DNA of 64,000 nucleotides from a virus, in IMG/VR virus record IMGVR_UViG_3300045988_109352, one strand, 5' to 3'. The notes beneath the pieces are model-generated. The model saw only the letters and a program-made list of their open reading frames with translations. It did not search any database and was not told where the DNA came from. A program made the position numbers and the translations under genes. Below are positions 60,412-64,000 of the stretch, one piece after another. Within the stretch, counting starts at the first letter, position 1. The number at the start of each line of letters is the position of its first letter.

Positions 60412-61659
60412 ATGGCAAACGCATATAAATATCAATTTAATCCCGACGAGTTAGTAAACCAACTCTATCAAAGAGGATTGGTAAACCCTGACGGTACGAG
60501 CGCATTTATTCAGACGCTCGTTGACGAGAAAATCGTCATGGATGCAAACCAGTTCTTTTGGCAGGAACACTTCACTGTTGATGGTGGTAAGTACCCTATT
60601 GACATGAGCCGCCCGAAGCTTGACCCTGCTTATACTATCTATAATGTTACTCGCCGCCCCGTTCCGATGGCTGATGCAATGACACCGTTGAGTGAAGTTG
60701 CTCAGATGGATAACGAAGGCTGGGAACAGAGAACTGGTACTATCCCTCAGTTCGGTAAAGGCTTGTTTGAAACTTCTCTTTCAAAAGAGGAATTGAAAGC
60801 ACGCTTGAATGAACTTGGTGAAGCTAATGCTACTTTGTTGGAAGGTTATGTACGTGGTGTTGCTGACTTGATTAAGACACACAACTACCGTCTTTCTAAC
60901 ATTGCCGCACAAGCTTTGTCTAAGGGAGGTCAGTACAGCAATGCTGATTCTCGTGGTATGTCCGGTGTCGTACATGAGTTCCCGAAGTATGTGCCTACTG
61001 AAAACTTTGTTAAGGCTGGTAAGGAAGTATGGACGAACGCAGAAGCTAACATTCCGGAACAAATGGCAAAGATTGAGAAAGATTTCCGTGACCGTACTGG
61101 ATTTACTGGTACAATGGAATGGGATTTGCCGTATGACATGGTTATCACTCACTTGCTGAACAACAAATACTTCAAGGAAGAAGTTAACCGTTGGATTCGC
61201 TTGTATGCGCCCGATAAGGTTATTGTTGTTACTAATGGTGCTTCTGGCATTGATACTAACATCATTTCTTGGGAGCAGCTTATTCAGTATTCTCGTTCTT
61301 CTGTATCTAAGATTTCTCCTATCCGCATTGTGAAAGAGGAACAAGTGGTACAAGACATCAAAACGATTAAGACTGTACAAGGATGGAAGGCTGGCGTAGC
61401 AGTTCTGCGTCCTATTGGCTTTGCTGGTCGTGTTGTTCACTCTGATGTTGCCGATGTTATCTTGTTGCAGCGTGAAGCAAACAAGACGATTGACTATTCA
61501 ATCGCTTCTGCACAGAATGACTTGTTTTATATTATCAACAAGGTAGTTCCTAACGGTATCTACAAGGCATATCATACTGATGCTATCGGTCGTTATATGC
61601 CAGTGTTGACCGAGTTTATGGAACACATTGTTGTTGATACTTTGACTGCTGATTCTTAA
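60412..61659 (+). CDS. major capsid protein
   Basis: 415 aa. Gene order scaffold, decoration, capsid. Strong RBS AAAGGAG. Confidence 0.6.
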   Translation: MANAYKYQFNPDELVNQLYQRGLVNPDGTSAFIQTLVDEKIVMDANQFFWQEHFTVDGGKYPIDMSRPKLDPAYTIYNVTRRPVPMADAMTPLSEVAQMDNEGWEQRTGTIPQFGKGLFETSLSKEELKARLNELGEANATLLEGYVRGVADLIKTHNYRLSNIAAQALSKGGQYSNADSRGMSGVVHEFPKYVPTENFVKAGKEVWTNAEANIPEQMAKIEKDFRDRTGFTGTMEWDLPYDMVITHLLNNKYFKEEVNRWIRLYAPDKVIVVTNGASGIDTNIISWEQLIQYSRSSVSKISPIRIVKEEQVVQDIKTIKTVQGWKAGVAVLRPIGFAGRVVHSDVADVILLQREANKTIDYSIASAQNDLFYIINKVVPNGIYKAYHTDAIGRYMPVLTEFMEHIVVDTLTADS

Positions 61660-61675
61660 ACTTGGAGGGTTATAT

Positions 61676-62047
61676 ATGACTATACTTGAATGGCTTTCTT
61701 CATCTTGTCGGTATTCGTTTGAGGAGAATACATTTATGAGAATTGCTCTTGACCGCGGCATCACAGATGTAAACGAGGATGCTATGACGTTGACCCAAGA
61801 GCAAAAGGATTTAATGACTGCCGATATAATATTTACCGCAGTGTTGTTAAGCCCTTCAAGTACAGCATCTCAATCTGCCTCTCATAATAACTTCCAGCGT
61901 ACAGTTGGGTCAGAGACGGACATCTATCAGAGTAATAAAATAAGTTATGCTTTGGGCATATATAAGAGATACAATGACCCTAATTACGAGGTTCTTATCT
62001 CTGCTCGTCCAAAGATTAAACTCTTGAAAATTATAGATGTGATATGA
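61676..62047 (+). CDS. head-tail connector candidate
   Basis: Position only. Confidence 0.3.
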   Translation: MTILEWLSSSCRYSFEENTFMRIALDRGITDVNEDAMTLTQEQKDLMTADIIFTAVLLSPSSTASQSASHNNFQRTVGSETDIYQSNKISYALGIYKRYNDPNYEVLISARPKIKLLKIIDVI

Positions 62048-62388
62048 TTTCATTCAGTGACATAGAAGAATTTCCTTTTTCGGGACGTATATACAGAATC
62101 ATCGAAAGTTCTATGGGCGACGATGAAGAAGATACCGTCTACGAAGGAGTAATGGACGTGAATCTTTCTGTTGCTGAATCCGGTTCGACCGCTCAAACAA
62201 GCGACTACGTTGTTTCTATTCCTTTGATAAAAGGAGAGGACGGGAAGTACATCAATCCAGTACGTAATGAGGATTGGATAGAATGTGATGTTATGGGAGA
62301 GCAAATTAAGATGCAAGTTGATAACAGCATACCTTCGATGTTAGGTGCTATAACTATATATGCAAATAGAAAAGGCGGATGGCGATAA
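62044..62388 (+). CDS. head-tail joining candidate
   Basis: Position only. Confidence 0.3.
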   Translation: MISFSDIEEFPFSGRIYRIIESSMGDDEEDTVYEGVMDVNLSVAESGSTAQTSDYVVSIPLIKGEDGKYINPVRNEDWIECDVMGEQIKMQVDNSIPSMLGAITIYANRKGGWR

Positions 62389-62873
62389 AAGTAAAAGTTG
62401 ATTTGAGTGGTTTGAAAAGGGTTCGGCAAGAACTGTTTGACAGACTTGCTGGCGAGCAAACCCAGCGACTAATAGCCTATGCACCCGAATTGTTGAAGAA
62501 AGCATATTCTGAAAGCGGATTTACCGACCAGACTTACAACTTGGCTGATAGTTATATTTGGGCTGTGTTCTATCAAGGCAATTTGAAGGGGAGTGGCTAC
62601 TTGTATCCGTATCAGATGGCAACTAAAAACTCAAAGTATCATGGCAAGCTGATAGATGGAAGAAAGCTTGCTGACGAGTTCTTGGCAAACTATACTCCTG
62701 CCACTTATATAGGATGGGATTTGGTGCTGGCAGCAACAGTGCCTTATGCTCCTATATTGGAAGGAGGAAATACTGGAAATCCAAGACGAAGGTTTGAGGT
62801 GTTATCAACCATATATGACGATATTAAGGAAGATTTTGCAGGGAAGGCAACTGTTAAAACAATAGGGATATGA
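62379..62873 (+). CDS. head-tail joining candidate
   Basis: Position only. Confidence 0.3.
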   Translation: MAIKVKVDLSGLKRVRQELFDRLAGEQTQRLIAYAPELLKKAYSESGFTDQTYNLADSYIWAVFYQGNLKGSGYLYPYQMATKNSKYHGKLIDGRKLADEFLANYTPATYIGWDLVLAATVPYAPILEGGNTGNPRRRFEVLSTIYDDIKEDFAGKATVKTIGI

Positions 62874-62986
62874 GCGTTCCGTTTCAAGAAAAAGTAATTG
62901 GTGAAAGATTATATCAAGTAATCAATAGAGGTGTAGTGGGGACACCATCAAGAATATATGAATATCCTTGTAAACAAATCACATGA
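62870..62986 (+). CDS. small hypothetical protein (38 aa)
   Basis: Hand-translated MSVPFQEKVIGERLYQVINRG...; ATGA overlaps at both ends. Confidence 0.3.
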   Translation: MSVPFQEKVIGERLYQVINRGVVGTPSRIYEYPCKQIT

Positions 62987-63414
62987 GCGTGATTGATGCA
63001 AGGCGAATGCCGATATACCAATATGTTTATTCTCTCTTCATAGATAAGGTTACAAAGTACATCTATCCGATGGAAATGCCTACCAAGTTGGAGGAGGAGA
63101 TAAATGCTGGCGGTTTCATGGTTATCCGTCTGGGAGAAATTAAGGATAAGAGCCAGTTCAACTTGAATGCTCTTGCGAGCGTTCGCGTGACAGTTGAGAT
63201 GTATATTCCTCCCAAGACAAGAGGTCGGCTTGATACCACCTTGCTGGAAAAGTATGAAACAAGTATATCCGACATTGTAAATGCAGAAGTTGAGAAAGCC
63301 GGAGAAAAATACGACATCTCAACTGACGGTATATTGTCAACTGATGATATATATAATGAGAGCGACAATCTGTTCTTCATGTATATTAAATCATTTATAA
63401 TCAACATAAAATAA
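62983..63414 (+). CDS. tail-completion candidate
   Basis: Position only. Confidence 0.3.
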   Translation: MSVIDARRMPIYQYVYSLFIDKVTKYIYPMEMPTKLEEEINAGGFMVIRLGEIKDKSQFNLNALASVRVTVEMYIPPKTRGRLDTTLLEKYETSISDIVNAEVEKAGEKYDISTDGILSTDDIYNESDNLFFMYIKSFIINIK

Positions 63415-63434
63415 CTATTAAAAAATTAGACGAG

Positions 63435-63941
63435 ATGGCTACACAAGATTTGTTGACTTACAAATGTAAGTCTTTAGGCTATGCGGATGTCGGGGCTGGT
63501 GCAGAAGCTTCTTATACTCCTCTTATGGGTGTATTGGAAGGTCTGCAAATTTCCCAAGAAGCTGCGAGTGAAAGTGCTATTAACGGTGAGTTCTATGATA
63601 CTCCGCTTGATAGCGTGGGTACACTTGGTTCTTACAAGATTGAATTTGACTTGGTTAAGTACAAACCGGAAGAGATTGCCGCTATGGAAGGCGGTAAGTT
63701 TACCTCTTCTACTGGCATGTACACAATGCCTTCTTCATTCACCAACGTTTACAAGCAGTTCAAGTTAGAGTTCTACAATGGTATTGACTACATTGTTATT
63801 TACAAAGGTAAGATTGCTACCAATTGGGACGGTACTGATTTGAAAACTGCTCCGTTGAAACTGCACATTGCTATCACTGCTTTGGTTGATAATGATGGCA
63901 AGACGGTCGAGATGAAGATGGCTGAACCTGGTGGAGGCTAA
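63435..63941 (+). CDS. major tail protein candidate
   Basis: 168 aa, after the connector genes, followed by a strong terminator. Confidence 0.45.
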   Translation: MATQDLLTYKCKSLGYADVGAGAEASYTPLMGVLEGLQISQEAASESAINGEFYDTPLDSVGTLGSYKIEFDLVKYKPEEIAAMEGGKFTSSTGMYTMPSSFTNVYKQFKLEFYNGIDYIVIYKGKIATNWDGTDLKTAPLKLHIAITALVDNDGKTVEMKMAEPGGG

Positions 63942-63964
63942 GACCCATTATAAATCAAGAGAAA

Positions 63965-63998
63965 GGGCAGTGGCTTGTTTGCTGCTGCCCTTTTTTCT
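63965..63998 (+). terminator. intrinsic terminator
   Basis: GGGCAG ... CTGCCC followed by TTTTTTCTTT. Confidence 0.65.
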
Positions 63999-64000
63999 TT

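Noticed and set aside
60781-61440. A 219-aa ORF antisense to the major capsid gene. Similar long antisense ORFs occur at 34320..34751, 38359..38691, 39372..39674, 36597..36923 and 59948..60331.
   Set aside because: Each lies wholly inside a better-supported gene on the other strand. Their composition is odd (Pro/Ser/Leu-rich or low complexity) and they lack start context. They are typical shadow ORFs.

Overview
AT-rich, densely coded segment of a tailed phage or prophage. The host is probably Bacteroidota, because several intergenic regions carry TTTG / TAnnTTTG promoter boxes about 20 nt apart.

Layout:
- 1-26779: a long minus-strand train of small early or accessory genes. Recognisable products are dUTPase, an AEP-primase/helicase fusion, an HNH/NUMOD4 homing endonuclease, a HAD phosphatase, a replication-organizer-like HTH protein and a small serine recombinase. 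There are several paralog families.
- 26780-28383: a 1.6-kb ORF-free hub with AT-rich iterons, orphan terminators and a structured GC-richer segment.
- 28384-42770: a plus-strand block with PAPS-reductase-like, SSB, HNH, YqaJ-like exonuclease, RecT and RuvC-like resolvase genes, followed by an unknown G/Q/C-rich membrane-protein module.
- 42796-58865: a minus-strand block with a DUF2400-like gene, a 2708-aa tail fiber, a lysis cassette, portal and large terminase.
- 59038-63941: plus-strand head and tail genes.

The most unusual content is four IS200/IS605-type (TnpB) elements in one phage window:
1. A complete IS605-like element with Y1 TnpA, TnpB and matching subterminal hairpins (about 44335-46090).
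2. Two TnpB-only elements of about 1.3 kb (1883-3195 and 30616-31936).
3. A 213-bp protein-less derivative (374-586). It keeps only the element ends plus a 136-nt near-identical copy of the TnpB-1 3' end (the expected omegaRNA region), and it splits a phage gene.

The TnpB-only elements and the mini element share their termini. These termini read as imperfect terminal inverted repeats, and two of the three are bracketed by perfect 8-bp direct repeats. That is not expected for peel-and-paste IS200/IS605 transposition.

Limits: gene starts are approximate, because the ORF track uses alternative start codons. All functional calls rest on motifs I recognised by eye; no search was run.
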